Of a stretch of DNA of 64,000 bases, positions 9,003-19,552 are shown piece by piece. Position 1 is the first letter of the stretch. Each line of letters opens with the position of its first letter. The stretch spans positions 32,001 to 96,000 of the forward strand of contig JAHLWS010000073.1 in assembly GCA_019057795.1 (NCBI GenBank), written 5' to 3'. The stretch comes from Promethearchaeota archaeon (GTDB lineage: Archaea > Asgardarchaeota > Lokiarchaeia > Sigyniarchaeales > SOKP01). The position numbers and the translations under genes are program-made. The notes below the pieces were generated by a model. That model made no database searches. It was not told the DNA's origin and saw nothing but the letters and a program-made list of their open reading frames with translations.

Positions 9003-11552
9003 ATGAAAAAAATATTAAGATACTTACTATTTATCCTTTATATTTTTATTTCAACTGGACTATTTTTTTTATTTTACTTCATATTATTTCAACGAAACTC
9101 ATTTGAAATTTTAATCGATTGGAGTTTTTGGGTATTACTCTTTTTATTTTTAATTACAATAGAAGAGTTTTACAGGTTTTGTAAAAATGGAAAAAGAAGC
9201 GAAATGAGTGATATTATAGCAATTTTATTTTTCTTTTTTCTTATTTTCTTCATTTCAAAAGATGTTTTGACTTCACTAATGGGTGCTTTTTCTATTTATT
9301 TGTGGTTTGGAATATATGAATTAAAGGAGTATCCTGTTTTAAATAAAATTTTAATAATTTCTTTAGTTACATATACTACTATCTTTATTTCTGGAATAAT
9401 TTCAAACTTTTTAGGAGATCCAATTGTTATTAACACGGCTTTTGCTTTTTCTTTTTGGATTATTCTTGGATTAGGTTTAATATTATTTGGTAGAAAGTAT
9501 ATTATTATTTGGAGATTCATGTCACCTCAATATTTAACTTTATTTTTGTATATTATTGCGTGGCTCGCTATTGTTTTTATAAATCAATATACACCTCTTA
9601 ATTTTATTAGCCAGAAAGCTTTCCTGTTTAGCCCTTTCTCCGTTTGGGAACTCTTCATTAACATCTACATGATTTTAATATTAATAAATTGGTTTATTTA
9701 CTTCATTTCTGGGCCTATTTTAGATTTTATGCTTGGTATAAAATCAGTTGAGGATAAAAACTTATTACGTTTAATTAATGAAGTAAAAACTGACATTGGA
9801 ATAAAAGGAAAAGTAAAGGTTGGGTTCGGTAAATACCCGATTTTAAATGCTATGGCATATGGCTCAGTTTTTGATAAAAGAATCGCCCTTATTGCGGAAG
9901 ATTATAAAAAAGTGCCAGAAGATGAGGTTAAAGGAATTGTTGCTCATGAATTAGCACATATTAAGGGAAAACATACTTTAATATTAACTTTTATCACAAC
10001 AGCAGATTTAATATTTAGGATGTTATTTGGCATCCCCGCTACATTTTACGATTATACGTTCGGAAACCCTCAAATACCTTTAATATTATTCATTCTTTTA
10101 AACTTAGGGATATATCTTATTTTGTTTATGTTTGTCAGAATCTTGGAAGGAAAAGCGGATCTAAAAACTAAAAAAATCGGCTACGCAAAAGAACTCGTAA
10201 AAGCGCTTTATAACTTAGAAAGTTTTTACGCCACAGGCCGGGAATTTGGCTTAAATACGATGCTTTTGTGCGATGAAAAAATCACAAAAAATAATGAAAT
10301 TTTAAATTATTTAGACACGGCTGATTACATCAATAGATCAATAATTAAACCAAAAAGACTCTCGCTCGTTAGCAACATAATGAACTCCCATCCCCCCACT
10401 TATCATAGAATTGCAGCTATATTGGACGATAAGTTAAAACCAACAAAAGAAACGCTTTTACCGATCATTTGTTTAAAAAAATCAAAACAAAAATACTACG
10501 CAAAAATATTTGAAGACGCGAGAAAAAAATTTAAAGTCATCGCCAACGAGAAGTTTAAAGAATACTTCCATATTGGAGATATTTCTGCTTTTATGAGAAA
10601 TCTAAATAGAATAGAATTATACAAACTGGAACTCGAAAAGGATTACGTGTTTAAGAATAAAGTTACAGATGAAATCGTTATAGGTAAATTAAAGGATGTT
10701 AAATTTAAAGACGACATTTGCGATACTGACGAGTATATCGTCAATGACATCAAAACTGGTAATGAAATTCTTTTAAATTCTTCATTGTATAAAAAATCTC
10801 GGGTTGATCTTAAAGATCAATATTTTTTTAAAAAGGAGGGAACTTTAAAACTGGTAGATATTGAATTGAACGAGGATAAAAAGGATGGCAAATATGTTTT
10901 TTTAGATAAAGAAGGTCGGAAGATTTTTAAAAACCTAAAAAAAAAAAAATTGCCCAATTCAATAGGCTTAATTAAAGAATTTAGCAACAATGATATTTTT
11001 TTTATAATAAAAGGAGAAATTAGAATAGTTAAATGTTTAAATGTAAACATCTCTGATAATTTCAAAGAATCTGAATTATCCTTTAGTGAGATGCCTCAAA
11101 GTGATGGCAACAAAACAATTCAATACAAATTAAAGGATTTGATCGTTAAACCAAAAAATATCTATATACAAATAAGAAGAAATGAAATGTTCCGAAAATC
11201 TGAATTAAACGTAATTAATTGGTTGATAGAAAAACAACTTAGAACTTTCATTTATCTTAAAAAACCAGTGAATAACCTTGAAATTGGCTATATCCAAGAT
11301 GTCAAAATAAGTATTGAAGATTCAAAAAAAAAATCAAATAAAGGAAAGAATGAGAAAAGTAATTATCTTTCCATGAAAAATATCTTCGGTGAAGATATTA
11401 AGATTCCATACAATTCATTGGAAGTGTTGTTGTTTGAATATAATACAGCTATTATTCAAAAAAAATCAGAAACGAGCATGGTTAGCAAATTAGGATATTT
11501 AATAGTGAGAAAATTTAAACCAGAAAAATTTTTTTATCTTAATAAAATTTAA
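9003..11552 (+). CDS. M48 (HtpX/Ste24-like) membrane zinc metalloprotease with long N- and C-terminal extensions
   Basis: NAMAYG, HELAH, EGKAD and SHPP..RI motifs. Confidence 0.82.
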   Translation: MKKILRYLLFILYIFISTGLFFLFYFILFQRNSFEILIDWSFWVLLFLFLITIEEFYRFCKNGKRSEMSDIIAILFFFFLIFFISKDVLTSLMGAFSIYLWFGIYELKEYPVLNKILIISLVTYTTIFISGIISNFLGDPIVINTAFAFSFWIILGLGLILFGRKYIIIWRFMSPQYLTLFLYIIAWLAIVFINQYTPLNFISQKAFLFSPFSVWELFINIYMILILINWFIYFISGPILDFMLGIKSVEDKNLLRLINEVKTDIGIKGKVKVGFGKYPILNAMAYGSVFDKRIALIAEDYKKVPEDEVKGIVAHELAHIKGKHTLILTFITTADLIFRMLFGIPATFYDYTFGNPQIPLILFILLNLGIYLILFMFVRILEGKADLKTKKIGYAKELVKALYNLESFYATGREFGLNTMLLCDEKITKNNEILNYLDTADYINRSIIKPKRLSLVSNIMNSHPPTYHRIAAILDDKLKPTKETLLPIICLKKSKQKYYAKIFEDARKKFKVIANEKFKEYFHIGDISAFMRNLNRIELYKLELEKDYVFKNKVTDEIVIGKLKDVKFKDDICDTDEYIVNDIKTGNEILLNSSLYKKSRVDLKDQYFFKKEGTLKLVDIELNEDKKDGKYVFLDKEGRKIFKNLKKKKLPNSIGLIKEFSNNDIFFIIKGEIRIVKCLNVNISDNFKESELSFSEMPQSDGNKTIQYKLKDLIVKPKNIYIQIRRNEMFRKSELNVINWLIEKQLRTFIYLKKPVNNLEIGYIQDVKISIEDSKKKSNKGKNEKSNYLSMKNIFGEDIKIPYNSLEVLLFEYNTAIIQKKSETSMVSKLGYLIVRKFKPEKFFYLNKI

Positions 11553-11579
11553 TTGATATGTTTAGTTTAACATCTTATA

Positions 11580-12509
11580 ATGACAAGTAAAATTAGAAGT
11601 ATCGTAAACCTTTTACGCATAAGACAGTATTATAAAAATGTATTAATATTCATTGGTGTCTTTTTTACTAAAAGAATATTTGAAGTTGAACTTTATTTTC
11701 CTCTCATCTTAGGTTTTATTTTACTATGTTGCGCTTCTTCTTTCAATTACATTATAAACGATATACGAGATGTCGAACGCGATAAAAAACATCCCGAAAA
11801 AATGAAAAAAAAACCGCTTGCTTCTGGAGATTTGCCAGTGCATTTTGCCGTATTATTATTATTAATCATATCAGCATTTATGCTCTTCTCCCTCGTATTT
11901 TTAATACCAAATATCAGTTTCATTTTTATGATAATTCTTATCATCTTAACGGGACAACTTTACAACCATTTTTTTAAAAATTACGCTTTTATTGACATTT
12001 CAGTCTTATCTACAGGTTACTTATGGAGAGCGTTATCTGGGGTCGTTATAATAAATGAATACATTTCCGCTTGGTTGTTTTTAGCAATTTTTGAAATCGC
12101 GATGTTTTTAAGCATAGCTAAAAGAAAGGGCGATCTAATACTTCTTGGGAAAGACAAAGCTGTTGAGCATAAGAAAGTTTACGATCAATATTCTTTAAAA
12201 TTACTAGAAGAATTTCATGTCATGATTGCCGGCTCTTTATTTATGACTTATTCTCTTTATCTGATATTAAAATTTAACCTTTTTGAACCTACCGTAAATT
12301 TACAAGAATATATTGTGATTTTTACCATCCCTATTTCATTGTATTTAATCATGCGATATATGTATTTAACGTCAGCGAAGCCTGAAATAGCGAGGAGGAC
12401 CGAAAAAGCTTTTTTCGATAAAGGCATAATTCTCGCGGGTTTTTTCCTCTTTTTGATCCTTTTTTCTTCTTTTTATTACGACGTATTAGTGGGGATATTT
12501 GGCAGTTAA
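11580..12509 (+). CDS. UbiA-family prenyltransferase (decaprenyl-phosphate phosphoribosyltransferase-like)
   Basis: RIRQYYKN, YIINDIRDVERDKKHPEK..KPLASG and KRKGD motifs. Confidence 0.85.
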   Translation: MTSKIRSIVNLLRIRQYYKNVLIFIGVFFTKRIFEVELYFPLILGFILLCCASSFNYIINDIRDVERDKKHPEKMKKKPLASGDLPVHFAVLLLLIISAFMLFSLVFLIPNISFIFMIILIILTGQLYNHFFKNYAFIDISVLSTGYLWRALSGVVIINEYISAWLFLAIFEIAMFLSIAKRKGDLILLGKDKAVEHKKVYDQYSLKLLEEFHVMIAGSLFMTYSLYLILKFNLFEPTVNLQEYIVIFTIPISLYLIMRYMYLTSAKPEIARRTEKAFFDKGIILAGFFLFLILFSSFYYDVLVGIFGS

Positions 12510-12805
12510 GGTAATAAGAAGCATTAAAGATAAAGAACCGCTTTTTTTTAATTATTAAAAATATACAAGTAAAAGGGAGAACTGGAAGTTTTAGATAAAA
12601 CCAAGGCTATTAATAATTAAAATTTATAATAAACCAGAAAAATTTTTACAAAATCAAATTGTCAATCTAATTACAAAAAAACAACTCTACTACCAAATAA
12701 GAAAAAAAAAGAAAAAAAAAGAAAAAACTTATAAGTTTACAAATTTAAGAAGATACAACTACAAATCAAAAAAAAAAAATAAAATAAATTTTAAGTGATT
12801 ATAAA

Positions 12806-14614
12806 ATGAGTTTAGAAAAAAAAGACTGGGCAATTATTATAATAGCTGTACTCGCAGTAGCGTCCATTATTGGTAATGGAGTCCTACTTCTTCAACCTGG
12901 GGCGATAGTCAAGCCAGATTTAGGCGCAACCCTTGTTTTTGGTACCCAGAGAGGTCCTGTAGATCTTGATCCTCAGTATGCTTGGGATAGTGCGTCTTCG
13001 GATGTAATAAATCAAGTAGTTGAGACTTTATTTGCTTATAATTTAAGTGACCCTAATTTAGCTTTAATTCCTAGTTTAGCTCTGTGGGGCGATTGGGATG
13101 ATACCGCTAATGATGATGGTACATATAATTATACCGTTCAATTAAGGGAAGGAGTATACTTCCATGATGGCACTCCATTTAATGCTTCATCCGTTGAATG
13201 GAACTTTGATAGATTAGCTAACTTAATGGATCTAGGCATTACTCAAATAGCTGAATTATATCAATACTATGTTGACACCGTTGTTGTCAATGAAACCTCT
13301 GGCGAAACAGAAGACATTATTAAACCTCTTATCAACGATACAGTAGTTATATCTGAATACCTTTTTCAATTTAAAATGAATGTAGAATATGGACCATTTC
13401 AAGCCTTACTCTGCTTTTCTGCTTCCAGTATTATGTCACCTACAGCTCACGCTGATGACTTTGATGACATACTTGAAACAGCAACTAGTGATTTAGTAGG
13501 TACAGGGCCATTCGTTTTTGACAAAGTAGAAACTGGTGTTGAGGTAATCATGCATGCTTTTGACCACTATTGGGGTGGTAGAGCCCAAATTGATACACTA
13601 ATCTTTTCCATTATAAGCGACGCTCAAATTAGAAACAATGCTTTATTATCTGGAGATATCGATTTCTTAGGAGATCCAATGGCTGCTATGTATGATACAT
13701 TCAATACAACCGCGGGTCTTGATCTAGTTAATGCAGGACAGAGTCTTATTACCCAATATCTTGGAATGAACAATGTGAAAATAAATGCCACATTTAGAAG
13801 AGCAATTTCACACGCCATTAATTATTCATACATTCTCGAGAACCTCATGCAGGGATGGGCCGCAAGACTTGAATCACCAATTCCAATGGGATTTCAAATG
13901 GCTGATTGGTCATCTACTGAGGCTGACTATGATGTAGAGTACGCAAGAGAGATCATGCAAAGTATGGGTTATGGTGCTACATGGTCTACATCAGAAACCC
14001 ATGCAGACAACGCTAAATGGTTAGCCGCATCTTTTAGGTCGTTTAATTATACCTATAATATCGGGAATAATATGCGAGAAAATGTATTACTGTTATTAAC
14101 AGATAATCTTGGTAAGATTGGTATAAAGGTCGGAGATGATGGTGATACCTGGGCAAACTACATCTATAGATTATATGAAATTTATGGGTACACTAGAAAC
14201 GACTTAGAGCTCTATTGGATTGGATGGATTCCTGACTATAACGACCCAAGTAACTTTATTAACCCATTATTCACCAATAGAACAGTTGCATCTAATGGCG
14301 CTCAATACAACGGATATTTGGCAGCACTTGAAGAAGACGAATTTAAGGATGCGAGAGATCCATTTGACGTAAATGATAATGTGCAACTCTTAATGGAAGC
14401 AGCATTGTTTGAAACTGTTGAAGCTACAAGAGAAGATATGTACAGTAGAATACAAGAACTTCTTGTTGAAGAAGATATGCCTTGGGTCTATGGATATGTC
14501 AGTATTGGTTTTGACGCCCATAATTCAGAATTAAAGGGTTTCCCAACCAACCCATGGGGTTATACATACTTCTATCCATGCTATTGGGATCCATTACCAA
14601 TACAAGATTATTAG
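12806..14614 (+). CDS. dppA: Peptide/nickel ABC transporter substrate-binding protein (family 5)
   Basis: LDP, LREGVYFHDGTPFNA, GTGPF and RRAISHAIN motifs; N-terminal membrane anchor. Confidence 0.9.
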   Translation: MSLEKKDWAIIIIAVLAVASIIGNGVLLLQPGAIVKPDLGATLVFGTQRGPVDLDPQYAWDSASSDVINQVVETLFAYNLSDPNLALIPSLALWGDWDDTANDDGTYNYTVQLREGVYFHDGTPFNASSVEWNFDRLANLMDLGITQIAELYQYYVDTVVVNETSGETEDIIKPLINDTVVISEYLFQFKMNVEYGPFQALLCFSASSIMSPTAHADDFDDILETATSDLVGTGPFVFDKVETGVEVIMHAFDHYWGGRAQIDTLIFSIISDAQIRNNALLSGDIDFLGDPMAAMYDTFNTTAGLDLVNAGQSLITQYLGMNNVKINATFRRAISHAINYSYILENLMQGWAARLESPIPMGFQMADWSSTEADYDVEYAREIMQSMGYGATWSTSETHADNAKWLAASFRSFNYTYNIGNNMRENVLLLLTDNLGKIGIKVGDDGDTWANYIYRLYEIYGYTRNDLELYWIGWIPDYNDPSNFINPLFTNRTVASNGAQYNGYLAALEEDEFKDARDPFDVNDNVQLLMEAALFETVEATREDMYSRIQELLVEEDMPWVYGYVSIGFDAHNSELKGFPTNPWGYTYFYPCYWDPLPIQDY

Positions 14615-14713
14615 ATGAATATATAGCCCAAAAAACAAAAAAATCTAAATAAATAATTTTTTTTTTATTCATTATTTTTTTCTATAGAGTTATTATTTTA
14701 TTCGGTTATATAA

Positions 14714-15595
14714 ATGAACCCAAAAATAGGATTTTTAAATCCCCCTGTAAAATTGAAATCATTTAAAAATGATCTAGCACCCATTGGATTCTTTTTAGAT
14801 ATTTTTTCGTCTGAATTATTTGAAATTCCTGTAATGCCAATCCCTATGAGGATTGATAATTTAACAAATGGAATAGCCACATTTTTCATAATACCTGATT
14901 TTACTAAATTGAATATTTTACTTGAGCGCTTGGATTTGGTTTTTGACTTTTATAGTTTTATTACACAGGGGATACATAATTTAATTATTTATGCTAAAAG
15001 AAAATATAAAGAAATAACATATCGAACCTTACCAAAAGAATTAATTATTAAATGGTTTGAAAACTCATTAAATTTAACTGCAGAGATACTTAGTTTAAAA
15101 CAAGATTTTACTTTTATAACTAGTGAATTTTTGAAGATATATTCTAAAATTGAAAAAAAACAGATTGAAATAAATTCTAAAGATTATTATAATGTTCTAA
15201 CTGATTATTGCGAAGTAAATATTAAATACTTTAGAGACAGGATTGAGAATAATCAGTTCAAAATCTTTGAAAAAGGTGTATTAAAAACAGTAGAATTGTA
15301 TAAAGAAAAAAGAAGTAAATATTATCCAGAACTTATTCCTATTGAAGTAAAAAATTTGAAAATGAATAAAGTTAATAAATTGACGTTCGTACCATACTTA
15401 ATATATGACGACATTTTAGATTGCTTTACGTACAACAAGAAACTTTTAGATGATGCAAAATTAAAACCATTAAATCTGACTACATGGAAAAACTACGGAA
15501 TAATTAATAAAAGATCAAATATTGATAATTCTGAATATAATTATAACCTAAAAAATTTTAATTTAAAAAATATTAAATTGGAGATATTGTTATGA
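14714..15595 (+). CDS. Hypothetical protein inside the ABC operon
   Basis: 293-aa ORF; stop overlaps the next start (ATGA). Confidence 0.65.
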   Translation: MNPKIGFLNPPVKLKSFKNDLAPIGFFLDIFSSELFEIPVMPIPMRIDNLTNGIATFFIIPDFTKLNILLERLDLVFDFYSFITQGIHNLIIYAKRKYKEITYRTLPKELIIKWFENSLNLTAEILSLKQDFTFITSEFLKIYSKIEKKQIEINSKDYYNVLTDYCEVNIKYFRDRIENNQFKIFEKGVLKTVELYKEKRSKYYPELIPIEVKNLKMNKVNKLTFVPYLIYDDILDCFTYNKKLLDDAKLKPLNLTTWKNYGIINKRSNIDNSEYNYNLKNFNLKNIKLEILL

Positions 15596-16071
15596 AATGG
15601 AAGATTGATCTTGCCAGGCAAGGAAATTTCATTATGGCTGTAATATTAATCCATTTTGTATTTTTCGGATATATATGCAATCTTTACGAAAAATCTATTG
15701 GAAATAGAGTTATATTTCTATACCAAGTGCTTTTCAATCCATTTTCCATTTTATCATTAGTAATACTTATGGGAATAGTATTTTTTATGGTCTTTAGGGA
15801 GGAGTTTTTTGAATACGGAATTAGAAATAGCATTTGGCTTATATTATTTATCGTTATTGAATCTTGGATATGGTATTTGTTTATAAATGGTTTCCAAGCC
15901 GACTTATTGGCATTAACTGCTCAAATGTTTGGGCTCTATTTTGGTAGTATTGACGGTTATCTAACAATACTAACTCTTTTGGGAGTAAATCTATTAAGTG
16001 CTATATTAGGTGCATTTACTAAACAAAAATATAAAGAATATATCGCAAAAATTAAAGAAGTGAAAATTTAA
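15592..16071 (+). CDS. Hypothetical 4-TM membrane protein
   Basis: Four hydrophobic segments; translationally coupled to the upstream ORF. Confidence 0.7.
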   Translation: MKWKIDLARQGNFIMAVILIHFVFFGYICNLYEKSIGNRVIFLYQVLFNPFSILSLVILMGIVFFMVFREEFFEYGIRNSIWLILFIVIESWIWYLFINGFQADLLALTAQMFGLYFGSIDGYLTILTLLGVNLLSAILGAFTKQKYKEYIAKIKEVKI

Positions 16072-16131
16072 TTTAAAAAAATTAAAATTTTTAATAAAAA
16101 TGTTAAAAAAGTATAGGTGATTTAAAAACAG

Positions 16132-17151
16132 ATGAGTATGCTTAAATATATTCTAAGAAGGCTACTAGCTGCGGTTCCAGTATTATTTGGAGTGTTAACA
16201 ATTACTTTTGTTCTCTCAAGAATGATGCCAGGAGATCCAGTTTTAGCAACTATGCAAGCAAGATTTCCAACTGAAGCAGCATATCGGGCACAGTATGAAG
16301 CTTTAGGACTTCATTTACCATTAATAACACAATATTTTATCTATGTTGGGAAATTATTCATCGGAGATTGGGGCTATTCCTACTCTCTAGTTAGAGGGCA
16401 AGAAGTTTGGGATATTATAATGGAAAGATTCCCTAGAACTTTTGATATTGCGATTTTTGCAATTGTTATCGCAACAATCATAGGACTTAAAACAGGGGTG
16501 ATTTCAGCGACAAATAGGAACAAATGGAAGGACACACTACTAAGAGGCATTGCATTAATAGGTGTTTCGATTCCTATTTTTTGGATGGGGTTAATCTTAC
16601 AATTTTACCTATCTTTTCAATTGGGTTGGTTTCCAACAGCTAATTATAAAACCCCAGGAATCGGAGATCCCCCCCCAATTACGTTAAATAGAATTATTGA
16701 TGCAATATTATCAGGTCAAACATATTTAGTTACAGATTATTTACACCATTTGATTTTACCTATTTTCTGCTTATCTTTTATAACAATCGCAGGAATTACA
16801 AGACAAACACGTTCTAGTATGCTAGAAATACTAGAACAAGATTATGTTCGAACTGCAAGAGCTAAAGGATGTAAAGAACGAGATGTAATTAATACTCATG
16901 CTAGAAAAAATGCTCTCATTCCTACAATAACAGTTATTGGGTTGAACTTTGGGGGTCTTTTAGCGGGAGCGATTCTGACTGAAACTACTTTTAATTTGCA
17001 TGGAATAGGTGAAGCTTTAATTGCATCAATACAAAGTACAGATTACTGGCTTTTAAATGCAATTGTATTTTTAACAACAGTAGTTTTTATAGCTATAAAT
17101 TTAGGAGTAGACATTATTTATGGTTTTGTAGATCCAAGAATTAGATATTAA
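16132..17151 (+). CDS. dppB: Peptide ABC transporter permease
   Basis: YILRRL, PGDP, DYVRTARAKG (EAA loop) and DPRIRY motifs. Confidence 0.93.
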   Translation: MSMLKYILRRLLAAVPVLFGVLTITFVLSRMMPGDPVLATMQARFPTEAAYRAQYEALGLHLPLITQYFIYVGKLFIGDWGYSYSLVRGQEVWDIIMERFPRTFDIAIFAIVIATIIGLKTGVISATNRNKWKDTLLRGIALIGVSIPIFWMGLILQFYLSFQLGWFPTANYKTPGIGDPPPITLNRIIDAILSGQTYLVTDYLHHLILPIFCLSFITIAGITRQTRSSMLEILEQDYVRTARAKGCKERDVINTHARKNALIPTITVIGLNFGGLLAGAILTETTFNLHGIGEALIASIQSTDYWLLNAIVFLTTVVFIAINLGVDIIYGFVDPRIRY

Positions 17152-17191
17152 AAACGCTTTAATGAATTTTAAAAAAAGAGATGATTTATAA

Positions 17192-18199
17192 ATGGCAGAT
17201 CAAGTTTATGAAATAGAATCCGATAAAGATTATTCCGAAAGAAAAGAGAATTTTTTAAAAACAATTTTAAAATGGATTGCATCCAATATTAAATTTCTAC
17301 TTATACCTGGTTCTAGAATAGATGAATTAACTTTACGAGAAATTGAATACGAAAAATCAATCAGCAAACGTAAATTTATTCGCAGGTTAAAATCAGCTTT
17401 AACGATTTTAGGAATTTCAATCATTTTCATAATAGTAACATTGGCAGTTTTTCCCGAATGGATATCTCCCTATACATACGAAGTAGCCAACGGCCTTTGG
17501 GAGGATTGGTGGAGTGCCCCTTCACCAAGTCATCCGTTAGGAACAACTGAATGGGGACGAGATGTATTAGCGCGAGCAATATTTGGTGCGAGATCATCTC
17601 TAACGATCGCCCTACCAGCTATTTCTTTTAGTGTTATATCTGGTGTAATGGTCGGTGTCATTGCTGCCTATTATGGTGGATGGGTTGATTCTATAATAAT
17701 GAGAGTCGTTGACATCTTTCTTGCATTTCCTGGTTTAATTCTTGCAATGGTATTTATTGCTATTTGGGGTCAAAGAATGGAATTCATTATGCTAGCATAT
17801 GGTATTATTGGCATACCGTATTATGCCAGGTTAATAAGAGGATCTGTACTTCAAGCACGAGCTTTACCTTATGTGGAAGCAGCAAGAGTAGCAGGTGCCG
17901 GGAATTGGAGAATAATGTTTAAACACATTTTACCTAATTGCATTCAACCTATTATTATATCTTTTACTTTCGATATTGGTGGCATTATTTTAAGCTTAGC
18001 GGGTTTAGCCTTTTTAGGATATAGTGATCTTAGAATGATTGAATGGGGAAGAGATATTAGTATGGCCCGTGGATATCTTATACCTGCTCCATGGGCATCC
18101 TTATGGCCTGGACTAATGATATTATTTACTGTATTAGGTTTCATGCTAGTTGGCGATGGATTGAGAGATGCTTTAGATCCAAGATTGAGGAATTTGTAG
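17192..18199 (+). CDS. dppC: Peptide ABC transporter permease
   Basis: HPLGT..GRD, YVEAARVAG, HILPN and GDGLRDALDP motifs. Confidence 0.93.
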   Translation: MADQVYEIESDKDYSERKENFLKTILKWIASNIKFLLIPGSRIDELTLREIEYEKSISKRKFIRRLKSALTILGISIIFIIVTLAVFPEWISPYTYEVANGLWEDWWSAPSPSHPLGTTEWGRDVLARAIFGARSSLTIALPAISFSVISGVMVGVIAAYYGGWVDSIIMRVVDIFLAFPGLILAMVFIAIWGQRMEFIMLAYGIIGIPYYARLIRGSVLQARALPYVEAARVAGAGNWRIMFKHILPNCIQPIIISFTFDIGGIILSLAGLAFLGYSDLRMIEWGRDISMARGYLIPAPWASLWPGLMILFTVLGFMLVGDGLRDALDPRLRNL

Positions 18200-18243
18200 T
18201 TTTATTAATTAATCAAAAAAAATAACATTTGAGGAATAATTAG

Positions 18244-19512
18244 ATGATTGATTTAAATAGTGATAAAAAAGTTGAAAAAATAGAGGAACCTGAAGATAGT
18301 TCTGAAATAACAAAATCATTAATCGAAATAAACAATTTAAAAACTTATTTCTTTACTGAAGAAGGTATTGTTAAAGCAGTAGATGGAGTATCTTTTTCTA
18401 TTTTTGAGAACGAGATACTTGGACTTGTAGGTGAAACTGGGTGTGGAAAATCCGTTACAGCTCTTTCTATTCTTGGTTTAGTTCGTTCACCTGGAAAAAT
18501 AATGGAAGGTTCAATTACCCTTAAAGGAGTAGATCTAATCTCATTAAGTGTGAAAGAAATGAGGAACTATCGTGGGAAAGAGATCACCATGATATTTCAG
18601 GACCCGCTCAATTCACTCAATCCAGTAATTTCAGTTGGCAACCAAGTAGGTGAAGTTTTTTTACTACATCAAAAAGAAAGAATTAAAAATACCTTAAGAG
18701 AACGCCGTTTGGAAAAGAAAGAAAAACTTAAAGAAAAAAGAGAACTAAAAAATAAATTAAAAAATGAAGCTGAAAGATTAACCACGGAAGAAGTAAATGA
18801 AATAAACGAAAGAATTGAAAAATTGCTGACAGAAACTAAAGGAGCTTTATCAATAGGTAGTATAGTAAAAGATGAATCAGAAAAAATTATTACAGAAGTA
18901 GGAATAGCTGATGCTAAAGGAATATTAAAAAGGTATCCACATGAATTAAGTGGTGGTATGAGACAAAGAGTAATGATTTCAATGGCACTTTCATGTAATC
19001 CCGTTTTATTAATTGCTGACGAACCAACGACAGCTTTAGATGTTACAATCCAAGCTCAAATTCTTGATTTAATGAAAGAGTTGAAAAGGAAATTTAAAAC
19101 TTCTATTTTAATGATAACTCATGACTTAGGAATTATTGCAGATTTATGTGATAGAGTTGCTGTAATGTATAGTGGTAATATCGTTGAATACGCAACAGCT
19201 GTTGATTTATTTAAAAATCCACGACATCCTTATACTCAAGGATTAATTGGCGCAATACCAAGCATAGAAAAGAGGGATCAAAAATTAAAAACAATACGTG
19301 GAATGGTTCCAAATTTAATTTATCCTCCCTCTGGTTGCAGATTTCATCCTAGATGCGATTTTAGATTAGAAATATGCGATAAAGTAAAACCGAAATTCCT
19401 CAAAATTGGTAATAGATATTTTATTGCTTGCCACATGTTTGATCCTGAATATAAAGATTCGCCTAAATATCAATGGGAAGAAGCAGAATTAGAACTATCA
19501 GGAAGATTTTAA
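18244..19512 (+). CDS. dppD: Peptide ABC transporter ATPase with a coiled-coil insertion
   Basis: GETGCGKS, LSGGMRQR, LLIADEPT; C-terminal GCRFHPRC domain. Confidence 0.93.
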   Translation: MIDLNSDKKVEKIEEPEDSSEITKSLIEINNLKTYFFTEEGIVKAVDGVSFSIFENEILGLVGETGCGKSVTALSILGLVRSPGKIMEGSITLKGVDLISLSVKEMRNYRGKEITMIFQDPLNSLNPVISVGNQVGEVFLLHQKERIKNTLRERRLEKKEKLKEKRELKNKLKNEAERLTTEEVNEINERIEKLLTETKGALSIGSIVKDESEKIITEVGIADAKGILKRYPHELSGGMRQRVMISMALSCNPVLLIADEPTTALDVTIQAQILDLMKELKRKFKTSILMITHDLGIIADLCDRVAVMYSGNIVEYATAVDLFKNPRHPYTQGLIGAIPSIEKRDQKLKTIRGMVPNLIYPPSGCRFHPRCDFRLEICDKVKPKFLKIGNRYFIACHMFDPEYKDSPKYQWEEAELELSGRF

Positions 19513-19552
19513 AAAATAACTATAATAAATAATTAAAAAGAGGTTTAAAAAA

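Noticed and set aside
12700-12727. GAAAAAAAAA tandem units upstream of dppA
   Set aside because: Low-complexity A-rich intergenic DNA typical of this genome; no spacers, so not a CRISPR array.
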